Notes: generated by a model from the letters alone, not told the origin. DNA of 63,184 bases, filler included, from Reticulomyxa filosa (GCA_000512085.1; 22 parts of 22 records of this genome joined end to end with filler, not necessarily neighbours in it); one strand, 5' to 3'; shown: positions 12,501-25,576, counted from the whole stretch's first letter. A program made the numbers and translations.

Positions 12501-14524
12501 ATTGCTCTTTTTTTTTGGTAAGCAATTAATAGTGCATCAATACGTTTGTTAATGGTTATCTTTAAATTCAAAAAAAAGAATATACGGATATGGCTTTCAT
12601 TTCCACTAAGCGGGGTATTAGGAACTTTGGATGCAAGTCATCAATTGCCTCTTTTTCCAATCGCGTAACTCATGTCTTCACAATGGAGTCAATAATTTCA
12701 ACTTGGGATTTCGCAAGATCTGAAAATATGGCATGTCTCTTCATGGCAAGAAAACACTTGTAACACTGGCTAAGATAGCCACAATCTGAGGAGGTCCCAG
12801 TTGGAATTTTTTCCTATTTTCTTAGCAATATCTTGTATGTCCTTTTCTAATTGTTTTGAACATTCCTCTAGTTTCTCAACGCTTGTGACATGAACTTTGC
12901 ATTGAGACATTTGATGCATGAATTCGAGTTTGTCTTTCATGTCTTGGAAAAACTTATCTCGTTTTGTATCGTTTCCTTTAATAGTGATTTCGTTGAAGAC
13001 TCCTTCCCTGTTTATCTCTCGTATCATCTGTTCCAAATTATTATTAAGAGCAACTTTCGTTTCCGAATACGTCCACAGATCAGAGGGGGTCTGATTTTCA
13101 GGAATACCCCAAGATATCTTTTTTTGTCTAAACGACATTATCTTTTGCAAAAAGGGGGTGTTATCACCAACTTCTTTCATGGAGTCCAATACTTTTTGTA
13201 AGTCATATACATTTCTTTGCTCAAAATCGGCATTGTATTTTTTTTTTTTTTTGCAATAATGCAAAACAGTCGGAAATGTTTTTGTCTAATTCTTTCATTT
13301 TTTCTTCAAAATTGGGTGGTATTAATTCGTTACTTTCGCCTTTCAAGCTCATGCATTCAATAGCCAAAGTCCAGCGCTTTTTCAATTGGCTTTTATGGTA
13401 TTGGCTCCAAACTCACAGCGATTAAATGCATCAAAGCTAGCCACTGTTTTTTTTGTTGCACCTTTTCGACCTGATTGGTGAATGTGACTTGTGCAGCTTT
13501 GAGACAATTATCGAGATCGGGTATTGTTATTTTTGTTGACTTTTTCAAGTTATGCAATTCTTTTAACTTTTTCCAATGCCCTCACCGTATCTTCGTTGGC
13601 CCATTTCTGCTCTATGCCTGCGGTCATGTCTCGAGTCATATATGTTGTGGCAACTTTTGTTTCGACCATCTTTTTTTGATTGGCTGTGCACTTATCTAAA
13701 AATTGATTAATATCGTTCACATTTTTGCTGTCAACTATTTTCGGCTACTGCTCCTGCAGCAATTTCCATTTCATATAATATATATCTTTTTCACTTTGCA
13801 TGATCTCTTCCTCAAGCATATTTTTCATGTGATCAGGTAAAAAAACTATTAATACTGCCCCTACAAAGTCGAATATAAGAACCAATTTCCCATGGATGTA
13901 AAATCACCCACTTTCTCACGAAGCTTCGATCAATTGCTTTCGAATTTTTAGAATAATGTCATTTTTCAATCTCTTTCCATCTATCTTTGTATAGAGCGCC
14001 CTTGTTCATTATTGTGCAAAGTTGTTCGTACATTTCTCTGGGTGGAAATGAAGCATAAGGATTAAACGTGTGTCCAATTAGATGAATACTTGTGTATTTA
14101 TCCACAATTTCTTGTAATTTGTTTTCAATTCTTTTCCCTTAGTTTCTGCATGCACAACTCATGATCGTGTCTCTGTTTCTTTCGTTTCCATTACCCTCTT
14201 GTCCTTTCTTCACATCTCCTTCATTGTCTAAGGGCGCAGGTTCACAATAATCTCCTAAAATATCGACAATCCTTTGAACCAGCGTAATTTTGTTTTTTGC
14301 GCCTCCAAAAAAATTCAAAGTATTCACAGATGCATCGAGTGTGTCCAATACCACTTTCATCCACCTTCCAATGGCAAATTTCGTTTTATCTACTGTTTTT
14401 TTTCAATTTCTCTTTGTGCTACCTCATCCACAAATTGGATTACCAAGTGTCGTGCATTTTTGATATGTCCTAAGTTATCCACCAATTTTGTCACTCTGTT
14501 CAAATCCACTTCGTCCTCCCCCCC
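9589..14524 (-). CDS. Large SecA-like SF2 (DEAD/DEVD) ATPase fused to a C-terminal vWA domain; many frameshifts, 5' end cut by the fragment edge
   Basis: Motifs in order on the minus strand: GTGEGKS (11927-11907), SEYLSGRD, LLIDEVD (DEVD 11605-11594), MGVSGTL, AVLVFFE, FGRGTDF (GRGTD 10724-10710), GGPHVIQTF and QIKGRTARQGGPGS (~10620-10578). The vWA MIDAS LMDATGSM follows at ~10270, then VILIGD. Helical ORF pieces at 12041-14360 lie upstream on the same strand. Confidence 0.8.
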
Positions 14525-14624
14525 NNNNNNNNNNNNNNNNNNNNNNNNNNNNNNNNNNNNNNNNNNNNTTAATTAATTAANNNNNNNNNNNNNNNNNNNN
14601 NNNNNNNNNNNNNNNNNNNNNNNN
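14525..14624. other. Artificial contig-joining spacer N44-TTAATTAATTAA-N44 (first of 21)
   Basis: Identical 100-nt blocks start at 14525, 17894, 21659, 22821, 25379, 29903, 31189, 35271, 36384, 42864, 44035, 45728, 47979, 49522, 50964, 54195, 55995, 57213, 58809, 59943 and 61947. The palindromic core puts TAA in all six frames. Confidence 0.98.
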
Positions 14625-16189
14625 GGTTTCATTTAATTGTTATATTTTTGTATCAGAGCAAGTTAAAAGTTTCAAAGATGTTGATGAAAAAGAACACTGC
14701 CAAGCCAGACGAACGAGTCTAGTTCTTTACATGGAACTTCAACCCCCGTCGATAATTTCGAATGATAAAGCTTCTCTTCTGTCTTCTTGGTATTTTGTTG
14801 GTTCATTCCTCGTGGCCCTTACCACTTGTAAATCGCTTCCATGATTATTCGTATGACGAAATTGTGTATCGTTTGGAGCTGCTGCAAGGCCAATATCCCA
14901 ATGAAAACGCGAGTCGTCGATCGTGTGGGTATCCACGTGGACATATATTGTCGACATCTGGCGTCAGCATCTCGTGTATATGTGTTTACGGCTCCTCGAT
15001 CAAATTTCATTCCAAGGGTCTAAGGTAAAAATTTTGCATTGAAATATTATATATATATGTATATAATCTTTTCTTTAAATTGAATTAAAGAGCCGAAGGA
15101 GCCGCGATGCGAACTATTGGAGATTGACTCGAACAACTGGCTGAAAATTTTGACGATGGATACGCAGTCGAAATGGACGTTCGACCTGCTGAAGCTGCGT
15201 GCCGACGTGTTTGCTGCCGAAGCACTGCATGCATCTTTGAAGACAAAGACTCGTTGTTCTTTGTTATTGGAACGCAAGTTATTTTGCAAGAGGATGAGCA
15301 AGCAACGTCGACAAGAGATGCTACAGCGTCGCAGTGAACGCGAGGCCGCACGTGCGCGAGCAAACAGTGGATATGTTAGGACTGGTCCTCGTCGACTACA
15401 GCCAATCTTTCTCAGCGGAAGGAGGCGTTTCCGTCACCACTGTCCGGACACTGTTACCACATACTACGACAGAGACGACCAAAAAGAAAACAGTGTCATC
15501 GACCCCGACTTTAGGGCCAGCCAAACACAAAAAAGAAATTGGTGAGCATTGCCGTCAAAATCGAATTAAATATGGACAATCCTCAAGCTGTCAGTATTGG
15601 CGCCGTCAAAATACCTGAATAGCGATGCAAGATTCTATTCTATGATCAAAATAAGGCTGCATTAATTTTAGACAATTTGACGATCGAAGAAAAGAAAAAT
15701 ACTATTGTAACTTTCATCTGTGGTTGCAAAAGATTGTAGTCATCTCCAAGGAATATCATTATTGCATACGAATAATTCGACTGAATAATCTTATATATCA
15801 ATGAAAACGTTTGTATTGAATTTTACTCTACACTCAATTGTTAAAAAAATCATCTTAAAACTGAAATTGCTTTGGGTCTTTGTTTGCACTTAAAAGAATT
15901 TTTATTAAAATTAGTAGAAATGACTAGTTTTTTTTGCGAACCCAAGAAATACTTACTTTATTTCGTCAGCCAAGAAAACCGATAGCAAATTTCTTTTTAA
16001 AAAAGTATTTTCAGAACATAATACTACTTTACGACTTAATGATAATGCTTTAAAAAAACTTATTGCTGAATAGTGTTAGATTGTATATTTCAAAAAAATC
16101 AAATTTAAAATAAAATTAAAAAACAAACAGTTGTAAAACAAACAGTGGTAAAACAAAAAAGATTTACAATTTTTTTGTTTCCCCTTACA

Positions 16190-17893
16190 ACAAAGAGTAA
16201 TAAATTTTTTCAATTGCATATATGTTCCCCCTTTTCCAAGTCGGCATTTTCTGTTGCAGCGTCGGGCTTGTAAGATGCTTGTTCTTCTTGAATATCTTTT
16301 GCTGCTTCTTCATGCGACTAATAATTTTCATCATCAAAAATGCGCTGATGCATAATTTAATTAATTTATGGACACGACAAGCAAATTTTAATAGATCCGC
16401 CAAGCTTAGTCCACTGGTCAACAAGTCATTCACAATTCTTTCTATATCCTCTGGCCATCCATATTCTACTGTAGCCAAAGAGCAAGACGAATCAACTATT
16501 TGACAGCTGACAATGACTTTTTCCACATTGTCCCCCATGATCTCTTTTATTTTTTTCATAAGCGATCCATAAGCCACTTTTTCGTCTTGTTTCTATAAAA
16601 ACAAACAAATTATACGTAATGTTTTTATTTTTTTTAAAGAAGTATACTTTTTTAAAAAACTAACTTTTATTTCTTCTTCGGTTAAGGGTAAACCCAAACC
16701 TTTGGTAACGTAAACTAATTTCTTTACATAATATTCTCGGAATTGTTGGACTGCGTATTCATTGATAGGGTTCACTAAAAATAAGACTTCAAAGTCTATC
16801 TTATTCAATGCTTCCAAAAACGGCGACACTTTAACATTTGCTCGCGATTCACCTGTAATGTAGTAGATGTGCTTTTGATTTTCATTCATTTCGCTAACAT
16901 GTTCTTTGATTGATGTGAGTTCTCCACTAGATTTGATCTAGTGATATTTCAGCAAATCGGCTAATTTACTGCGGTTCTTTGATTCTTCATTAATTTCCAG
17001 TTTGAGCTTATTGTGGAACTGATCGTAGAATACTTTGAAGTCAGCCTTATTTTCAGCGATTTCGCCAAATAGCTTCGAACACTTATTTACTACATTTTTC
17101 TGGATCTTCACTATCTTATTTTGCTGCAATGATTCTCTACCAATGTTCAATGTCAAATTATCGATGTCCGCTACACAACGAATGAGCGACAGATATTCAT
17201 TGCAAAGATTCTTGCAATCATTCATAATAAAAACTCTTTGAACGAAGAGTTTAATGTTTTTCTCTTTACTCGTCGGCTCAAATGGTGCCTTCTTTGGCAC
17301 AAATAACAAGTCACAAATCTTTTTTTTTGTTTTAAAAAAAAAAAAAGCAGCAACACTTCCCCCCCACCCGTATGTACGTATATCCAAAACAAATAAAAAA
17401 CAAACACAAAACCTTTTTTCTTCTTCTTCTTTGCTTGTTAACAAGTTAATCCGGAAAACAACAAATTGCGAGTGTTTATTAACAATTTCTGTTACAGTTT
17501 TTTCCTTACAAAAGTTTGCGCAATCATTTTTTAAGTATATCTCAGTTTCCCGTTTTATCTGGTACGGGTTATCGCTGTCATCACAAACCCTGAAAGTGCC
17601 GCTTGCTGTAATTTTCCACACATGTTGTTCGTCCTCGTTGTGCTCACTTTGCTTAATTATCACCACCACGCGCTCACTCACTAAACAGGCGCTATAAAAG
17701 CTAACACTAAACTGGCCTGTCATTGATATGTCTGCGCCTGCAGATATTATTTCCGTCAATTGTTTTGTGCCATTTTGGGCAATTTTTCCAAGGTTATTCA
17801 CAAGATCTTCTTTTATCATCCAAATCCCGGTATTTATTATTATTAACACTTTTTCATCGGGATTGGGTATAGTATCAATTTTAAATTCTTTAT
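16190..17893 (-). pseudogene. HSP90: Cytosolic Hsp90 pseudogene
   Basis: NTGIWMIKEDLVNNLGKIAQNGTK..GADISMTGQFSVSFYSA, NIKLFVQRVFI, RESLQQNKI, IYYITGES and SPFLEAL are all recognisable. The ATP-binding D and G residues are altered, there is an in-frame TAG at 16938-16940, there are internal deletions, and no terminal EEVD is present. Confidence 0.9.
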
Positions 17894-17993
17894 NNNNNNN
17901 NNNNNNNNNNNNNNNNNNNNNNNNNNNNNNNNNNNNNTTAATTAATTAANNNNNNNNNNNNNNNNNNNNNNNNNNNNNNNNNNNNNNNNNNNN

Positions 17994-18746
17994 GTATATG
18001 TATATGTATATGTATATGTTTGCTTTACCATTTGCCCTCATTTCACAAACATAGATTTCTGATTGTATTGCAAGACAAAACTGTTTGGTGCCAGCAGAGC
18101 AATATCATCGGCAAATCGGTCAAGGAACTGGAGAGCCGATCGAACGAGATAATGGGCCATCATTGCCGAGTTCATTCGATGGCCTCGAGGAGATGCGTTG
18201 TAGTTTTGTTTTAAAAATTTGTGGTAAATGTCATCACAAAATTTCCATTCTCCTACGTAAAACGACCATTTGATTAGCCCCATGTAGGGTCCATACGTGT
18301 CGAACAGTTCATTGGAAAACATTTCGCGGACCTCATGCATGTAGTCGCTTGTCCGCTCCCCGCAGTAGCGCTCCGTGTGGATCATTGCCCAAATGGCCTT
18401 TTCATACATATTTTAACGACACATACGTATACATATAGAGACAATAGGTAGACATAAAAAAAAAAAATAAAAAAATAAAATAAAAAAAAATAAAATGCAA
18501 ATTGACAAAACATTGAGAGCAGCAGCTTGTCGTAAGTGTGTCTCCAAAAACGGCAGAGACGTGTTTTCACCGTCATTCATCGCGAATTCCCACGCGAACA
18601 CATCGACAGTTTCGGAGAGTGTTGTTTTGTCACTACTGTCCCAGTTGAAGTCGGTGTTGACGGAGGAGCACATTGCCATTTGATACCAAATCGAAGTGGC
18701 AGTGCTCGACGCGCCACCCAAGGCCACGTTACGTACCTGTTGGTGT

Positions 18747-18784
<38 letters not shown>

Positions 18785-20694
18785 TAACCAATCAATAACA
18801 GAACATAACATACATAAGATCTCAACTGAAAAGGCAGCACCATTGGCACCGATTTGCGTCCACAAGCGACTCAATCGACTTTGCAGTTGAATAGGATACG
18901 CAGACGCGAACATGTTATCGTGCCCGGCAGTGTTGTTGCCCCCTGTGAAGACCATGACAAAGGGACGGCCGATGAGCAAGGAGTGGGCTAGTCTTGCGCC
19001 GAGAAAGTCGGTGGTTTGATCAAAGTGTTGATGAGACCGAGTGGACCACAGAAGCGTTTCGTCGCTGCCCCACTCCACGGCCAATTGATCCAGCAAGTCC
19101 CTCATTTTATCGGAGATGCGTCGCAGATCGAAGCGTTTGAGACGTTTGCCGTCGACGTCGACATATGCATCGGAGTTGAAGGCCTTGTGGAGGCGAAACA
19201 CGTCGGGATAGGGCGGGTCGATGCGGTAGACGCCGTTGAAGGTCATGTTTGGAGAGCCCAGCCAAAGCGAATGGATGTAGGTAAGTCTGGGTTTTGTCGG
19301 TTGTCGATGTGCTCGCTGTTGCAATAGTTCGACCGTATGTTATGTATATATGTATATAATGCTAAGAGAGAAAGAAATATATATATGTATATATATATGT
19401 ATATAAACCATGGTCTTTTAATACAATACTCGGGACCCCTTTGAATATTGGCTTCACGACGACAATGAACGACCCCAGAAAAAAAAGTATAGGAGTTGTC
19501 ACGGTCTTGCGTCTGTCCATTTCGGAGCATCGTTTGCACTCCAATGCCGCACTTGCCGTCGTAGAAAGGCCCTCTGGACCACACTCGACCCACAGTGTTT
19601 TGGACGGTGCAATGGACGTCAGTGGGGACGGAGACAGCCCACGAATGGCGAGAAGAGTCCGAGTCGACGTTGTACGGATTGGCCTCGTAAGGCAGCAGAC
19701 GGTCGTCCACGTTGACTGTGTCTGTGATGGCTGGAACGTACTGACAGGGGTCCACCCGCGTGGTTACGTACATCACAAATCCGGTGGCGACGATACTATC
19801 GTCGGATTCGAACTCGACACAAAGCGACAAGGCGGTATGCGGATGGACCCAGTAGCGCAGAGGATTGGGGACAGTGCGGCCGGTCAGTGAAATGGGTACT
19901 TCTTCCATCGTCGCATTAAAGCGTCGTATCAATAGTCGATCAAAGCCGTTTTCCAAATCCATCAATGGAAATTCGATGGTAATTTCTATCGGAGCCATGT
20001 CTCAATTGATTGCATCGTCGTCGTCGTCTTCGTCGTCGTCGTCATCATCGTTCTCATTGTCTGCCAATTGTAATCAAAGTGATAACACCACTTTTTTTTT
20101 TCATTGTCTTTGTACTTTTCTTGTCGTATCTCCTTTGAATCAAACTTGCTATTGTCATCATAGTCATCGTCGCCTAGGATGTATCCCTGCTCAATAGCCT
20201 GAATTGGAAAGGACAGACGATACTTGTGCATCCCGCGCATCGACCCTCCCACACTCGTGTCGTCGAAGACCACGCGTGTCTCCAATGCCATTGCCATGGC
20301 ATCCCAACGCGGATCCATACCCAACGCAAAGTAGCTCCAGCTCACTCCGTCAATCTCCTCCCACGTGCTCATCTCCACCCCGTCGTCCTCCGCCAATGTG
20401 CTCGTCCAATCCGATGCACTGAGTGTCGTGGCGTGGTCCGTTGTCGGCGCAGACGTGTCTGTTGAGACACTTGCTTGTGTGGGAGGCCATGTGTCTATTC
20501 GTTTAGCACTCGGGTTTGGCGTGGGAGGCCTGCTTGGATTATTTGTTGATAATGTTGTTGTTGTTGTTGTTGTTGTCAATGGTTTTAGATTGGTAGTTAT
20601 TATTGAAATATCAGAGGTCGTTGTTGTTGTTGTTGTATTTATGCTTGTGCTTGTGCTTGTGCTTGTGCTTGTGCTTGCAGTTGTAGGTGTGGAT

Positions 20695-20731
<37 letters not shown>

Positions 20732-21364
20732 ATGTCGATGCAATAGCTTCAGTAGTTGTAGTCGTTTTGACTGTTGTTGGCGCCACACTACTAACCACTG
20801 GATTACCGGTTGGCTGGACAGAGGTGCTAGAAAAAGGCATCGACGTAGTTGTGAACGACAAATTGTCCCATTCCGATACTTGTGGAATCTCGTTGAATGA
20901 GTCTTCCTTCACTTCCTTGCTGGTGTTGTCCAAACTCTCCTCCCCTCAAAAATAAAACACATACACAAGAGCATCACACACACACACACACAAACACTGA
21001 TCGCAAGAAAAACTACAACGTAATGCATTCAAATACTCAAAACAAACAAATATGTGCATTCCCAACTCATGTCCAACAGAAAGCCCACCAACATGCCCAC
21101 TGCGACTGTAAATATCGTACAGCCTCCCAATATCATCACTGTATACAAACACAAATGCTGTGGAATGTCTTCGTTCCACGCCTTTTTCTTTCGCTTTCTT
21201 TCTTTTGCGAAAGGGTTTATCTCCGACTCAGAGTCCTCGTCCTTGTCGTTGTTGGCGAGTAATTGTCTTTTCTCCGTTTCTGAACCTGCTTTTCTGTCAT
21301 TCTTTGTTGCGAGCCACGCTCTTTTATCTTTTGATTTTTTTTCATTTTTTGTTTGTGCAGACAT
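17994..21364 (-). CDS. Multi-exon type II membrane protein: TM anchor, Thr/Ser mucin stalk, CUB domain, SGNH/GDSL-like domain (3' end truncated)
   Basis: ATG at 21364 precedes a hydrophobic helix (LYTVMILGGCTIFTVAVGMLVGFLL) and poly-Thr at ~20400-20850. The CUB pattern ITIEFPLMDLENGFDRLLI..LCVEFESDDSIVATGFVMY is at ~19770-19995. SGNH blocks are VFTGGNNTAGH, VRNVALGG and FAWEFAMND. Confidence 0.7.
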
Positions 21365-21758
21365 ATTTGAATTTTGAGGTCTTGGCTTTACTACGAGGGG
21401 ACAATACAACATATATTTCTTTTTTTTTTTCTGAGCACATTTAATCTTTCTTTGCATTTTCAAATAATCCAAAAGCCAACAATTTTTCAGTACAGAGCAA
21501 TTGTAAAGTGCCAATACAGCTATTACCCAAATGGTTTACATGGTGATATAACGTTTTTACTTGCAGTAAGTTTGTTGGTCCAACACAAAACCTGACTTCT
21601 TAGCTTGTGCGTCGAAAAAAAAAAATATGTGCTAGTACGGCCAGAACTACTCGACTTTNNNNNNNNNNNNNNNNNNNNNNNNNNNNNNNNNNNNNNNNNN
21701 NNTTAATTAATTAANNNNNNNNNNNNNNNNNNNNNNNNNNNNNNNNNNNNNNNNNNNN

Positions 21759-22775
21759 ACGTGGAAATGGGGGACTCTCTGGCAACGCATTGCCCGCACG
21801 GATTCGACGGGCAACGTTGCAAATGGCAGTGAAAAGGACAAAAGGAAAGGAACCGTCGTCGAAGACGAGGAGCGTGCGATGCAAGACAAACTGCTATCTC
21901 TGCCCTCGATGAGCGTGTCGGAAATGGATCGCGGGAATGCAAAAAAGGAGGACGTCACGGACGAGTCCAATTGGAGCACTAAATACAGCATCGCCGAACT
22001 GCCTCCCAAAGACGCCGAGAGGATTTCATCTATGCTTATGCAATTCAAGTGAATCTAAACTTATACATATACATATACATATATATGTATATGTATATGC
22101 ATATGTAATATATTGAAATGTGCAAAAAATTGAATGGGGGTTTGGAATTTACAGAACGAAAAAACAATTGCAATTGGAAGTGGAAAAGGCCATTAAAAAA
22201 TTGCAAGAGCTGTTGCAACACCACGCGCAACAAATAATGGAGTCGGAAAACAACATTAGACAACTTCGCGATCAAATAGCCATTGATACGCACAAATGGA
22301 AACTTTGGCATATCATTGATTTACAAATCATTGCTCAGTTATAATATATATATATATATATATATGTACATATACATACGTATATGTATATAATAATTAA
22401 TATGAACAACAAATGAAAAGTGACTATTACGTGAATGCCATGTCATATTACAAGGACCAGATATTATTGCAAAAACTGTACGTGGAATGCTTCAAGGAAA
22501 AACTGAACCGCCTGAACTCGGGGTTGAAAAAGATCGGAGCCAATCGCGAGTGGAGCGTGGAGGACGCTCGTCAAAGCATGGAGACGGCCTTCCACACCGC
22601 CTTCAAAATTCGTCTGTCCAACGACGTGCCCGACAAGCAGCAGAAAGTCGCGCTGCTCAGGCAGGTCATGGATGCTTGCAAGCACGAGTACGATCGACAA
22701 GTTCTTTTATTGGGCGACAAGCATATTTCCTTTCAACAAAGGCAGCAAAACGTTTTCACTTTCTTGCGCTCCGTA
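21759..22775 (+). CDS. Internal exons of an uncharacterised coiled-coil protein
   Basis: Coding-like blocks at ~21759-22047, ~22153-22337 and ~22421-22772 are separated by (TA)n-rich introns. Heptad-rich sequence LEVEKAIKKLQELLQ. Confidence 0.5.
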
Positions 22776-22780
22776 GTTTT

Positions 22781-22820
<40 letters not shown>

Positions 22821-22951
22821 NNNNNNNNNNNNNNNNNNNNNNNNNNNNNNNNNNNNNNNNNNNNTTAATTAATTAANNNNNNNNNNNNNNNNNNNNNNNN
22901 NNNNNNNNNNNNNNNNNNNNACCACAACCACAACCACAACCCTCAAAAAAA

Positions 22952-24269
22952 TTGTCTCGATTGGAACTGTGTGCCAATCCATCGGAACGTGTGAACCAAA
23001 TGAAACGTCTATACAGTCAAATGACTGGACACACGCTATTGCGTGCCAAAATGGCGTGGGCCATCGGACATTCGCTGCTTTATCACGAAAGGGATTTCAA
23101 GACCAGTGAGTGTCTACTGTTCGAATCGCTGTTCATTCTGTCGAATCTGGACGAGTACCATCCCAATCAAATGCAAGTGGTCACCGAGCTAGGCACGCTG
23201 ATCCTCATCGACTACGCCGACGTGCTGCTGGAAAACAAAAAGTACTACATTTCCATCGTTGCCTTAGAACAGGCTATCACGTGTTTGCAAGAGCAGCGCA
23301 TGACCAATCGCGCAATGGCCATCGAGCGAAAGCTGTGTGTGGTGTGCACGGACAAAGACGACTGGGAGAGGGCAATCAAGTATCACAACTCGAGTATTAG
23401 TCATTTGAAGAAATCAGGCATTATCAATCTCAACGAGTTTGTGTATTTGACGCAGCAAATTCGAGCATCCATTTGCGAAGACATGACTTCTTCAGAGCAG
23501 AGATGGAGTTGCAGCAAGGGCTGTGGCACATTTGGTGTAACATACGAGCACGAAAGCTGGCCTTGCTCCAACACATGGGCGAGAGTACTCGGGAGGAAGA
23601 TTTAGACAACGATGACGAAGAAGAAAAAGAGAAAAAAGAAGGAGGAATGACAGGGATAGGACAGTCATGGACGCATACTCACGATAATGGTGATCAAGAC
23701 AAAGAAATGAAATTGGATCAATTGTTGAGCCAAGTAAGCGGGGATGAAAAAGTAGCCATTGGCAATTTGTGTTTGATGTTGGCGAATTTGTATATTGAAG
23801 GAAATAGAATCGTGGAGGCGAAGAGTATCTTGCAATGCCTCTTAGTCGGAGTGTTTGAATCGAGAAGCTATCTGATCCAAGTGCAGGCACAGCTGGGGAG
23901 GGCACTATTTAAAAACGGCGAGTACAAGGACGCCAATTTATTGTTTCGTCAAATGGAAACGTCTCAAAGCACAATTGGCAACAAAGACAGTCTGTTGTCG
24001 TCACAGCAATTCCGAGAGCTTCGCATCATCAACAGCATCCATTGTCACGATTTCAAAAGTGCACTCCGACTGATCGCCGACGAACTCAAAGTCATTTCGC
24101 GTGAGTCGTTTGCAGAAACGGTCAAACTATATTTTTTGAAGGGCAAAGCGTTGCAAGCGCAATGTTGGCACGGCTTATCTCATTTGTATCCTATGATCAA
24201 GAAAGAAAAAAAGCCTGCAGAAAAAGATGGCAATAATAAGAACAACAACAAAATAATAATAAAAATAAA

Positions 24270-24306
<37 letters not shown>

Positions 24307-25222
24307 TAACAATAACAATAACAATAATAATCGACGTGAGGAAAGTTTAATCATTCGTCGTATCAAAGAAATCCCTGCCGTCGAAGGCATGATCAACGCA
24401 CTCGAAACCAAAATACACAAGCCTCACCATGTGAGACGCAAAGGTGGGGCCATCACGTTGGATGTCGACCCCGTGTTGGACTTTCCAAGACCTCGCGACG
24501 TTCGTGAGGCCTTTGTGAAAGTGCTCAATCTCACCGACACGATCCACGAGAAAACATTGGAAGCCAAGTCTTGGCTCGAAATCGCCCAGACGTATTTGGA
24601 GGTGCTCATGACATATTACGCCCTTCCCAAATACTGCAAGTTCTTGCCCGGATATGAGCCCAATGAATCGGTCGAAAATGTCATCCTTCGTCTCTTTGAA
24701 GAGCCCAACTCGACGTCGCTGCACCAAATTTTGGATGACTGCTTCAAAGACATTGAAACGTCTCTCACTAACGCTCTCACGCTAAGCAAAAAACAAATGC
24801 ATGTCAATTTGTTACTCAAGTCGTACGTGAGCTTTGCCGAACTGCATCTTCTGCAAAACAATGAAACTCTCGCCAGACATTACTGGGAACAGGCCAAACT
24901 CTGTCTCTTCCAAATGTATCGCGATAGCAATGACTGGATCTTTCTGCGACGCATGAATCGACACTTTCGATCCGACATTCACACCGTGTTCAAACGCATT
25001 GTTCGCATTCTCATCTGCTTCCCTCCTCGCTTCATCGTCGAAAACATTAGTGTGCTCGACTCCTTTGTCGCCTTCGAGACGTGCATGTTCGCACAGGGCG
25101 ACTTTAGCAGCATGCGCCCACCCCGGTTGCGCACGTCATCCGCAACAGCTCCAAACTCCACGCCGAATTCCACGCCAAAAACTTTGCCTTACATGCGCAT
25201 GGACTGCGTCCGTTTGACGTGA
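22952..25222 (+). CDS. Fragment of a large alpha-solenoid (TPR-like) protein
   Basis: Consecutive ORFs of 217, 278 and 277 aa carry TPR-like helices (DWERAIKYH, QAQLGRALFKNGEYKDANLLF, LYFLKGKAL). Frame breaks occur near 23465 and in the (AAT)n tract. Confidence 0.6.
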
Positions 25223-25576
25223 GCGGCCATGACAAAGCGGACCATCTCATGAAGATGGGCCCGGGCCAGCACGTCGGAAGGAGCGGTGGAGGCGGCGGCG
25301 GCGGCGGAGGTGGTGGTGGTGGTGGTGGTGGTGATGGCGGAGGGGGAGGAGAAGGAAGAGGGGGAAAAGGAGGAGGAANNNNNNNNNNNNNNNNNNNNNN
25401 NNNNNNNNNNNNNNNNNNNNNNTTAATTAATTAANNNNNNNNNNNNNNNNNNNNNNNNNNNNNNNNNNNNNNNNNNNNTATATACATATATATATGTATA
25501 TATATTATTATTATTATTATTGGTTGTTGGATGGGATGGACACTTATAAAAAAAGAAGAAGGAAGAGAAAGAGCCA

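Noticed and set aside
18746-18797. (ATCA)n tract and other simple repeats
   Set aside because: Ordinary intronic microsatellites.
20365-20955. Poly-Val ORF that looks like a membrane protein (also 55277-55552)
   Set aside because: It is the antisense reading of Thr/Gln codon repeats in real minus-strand genes.
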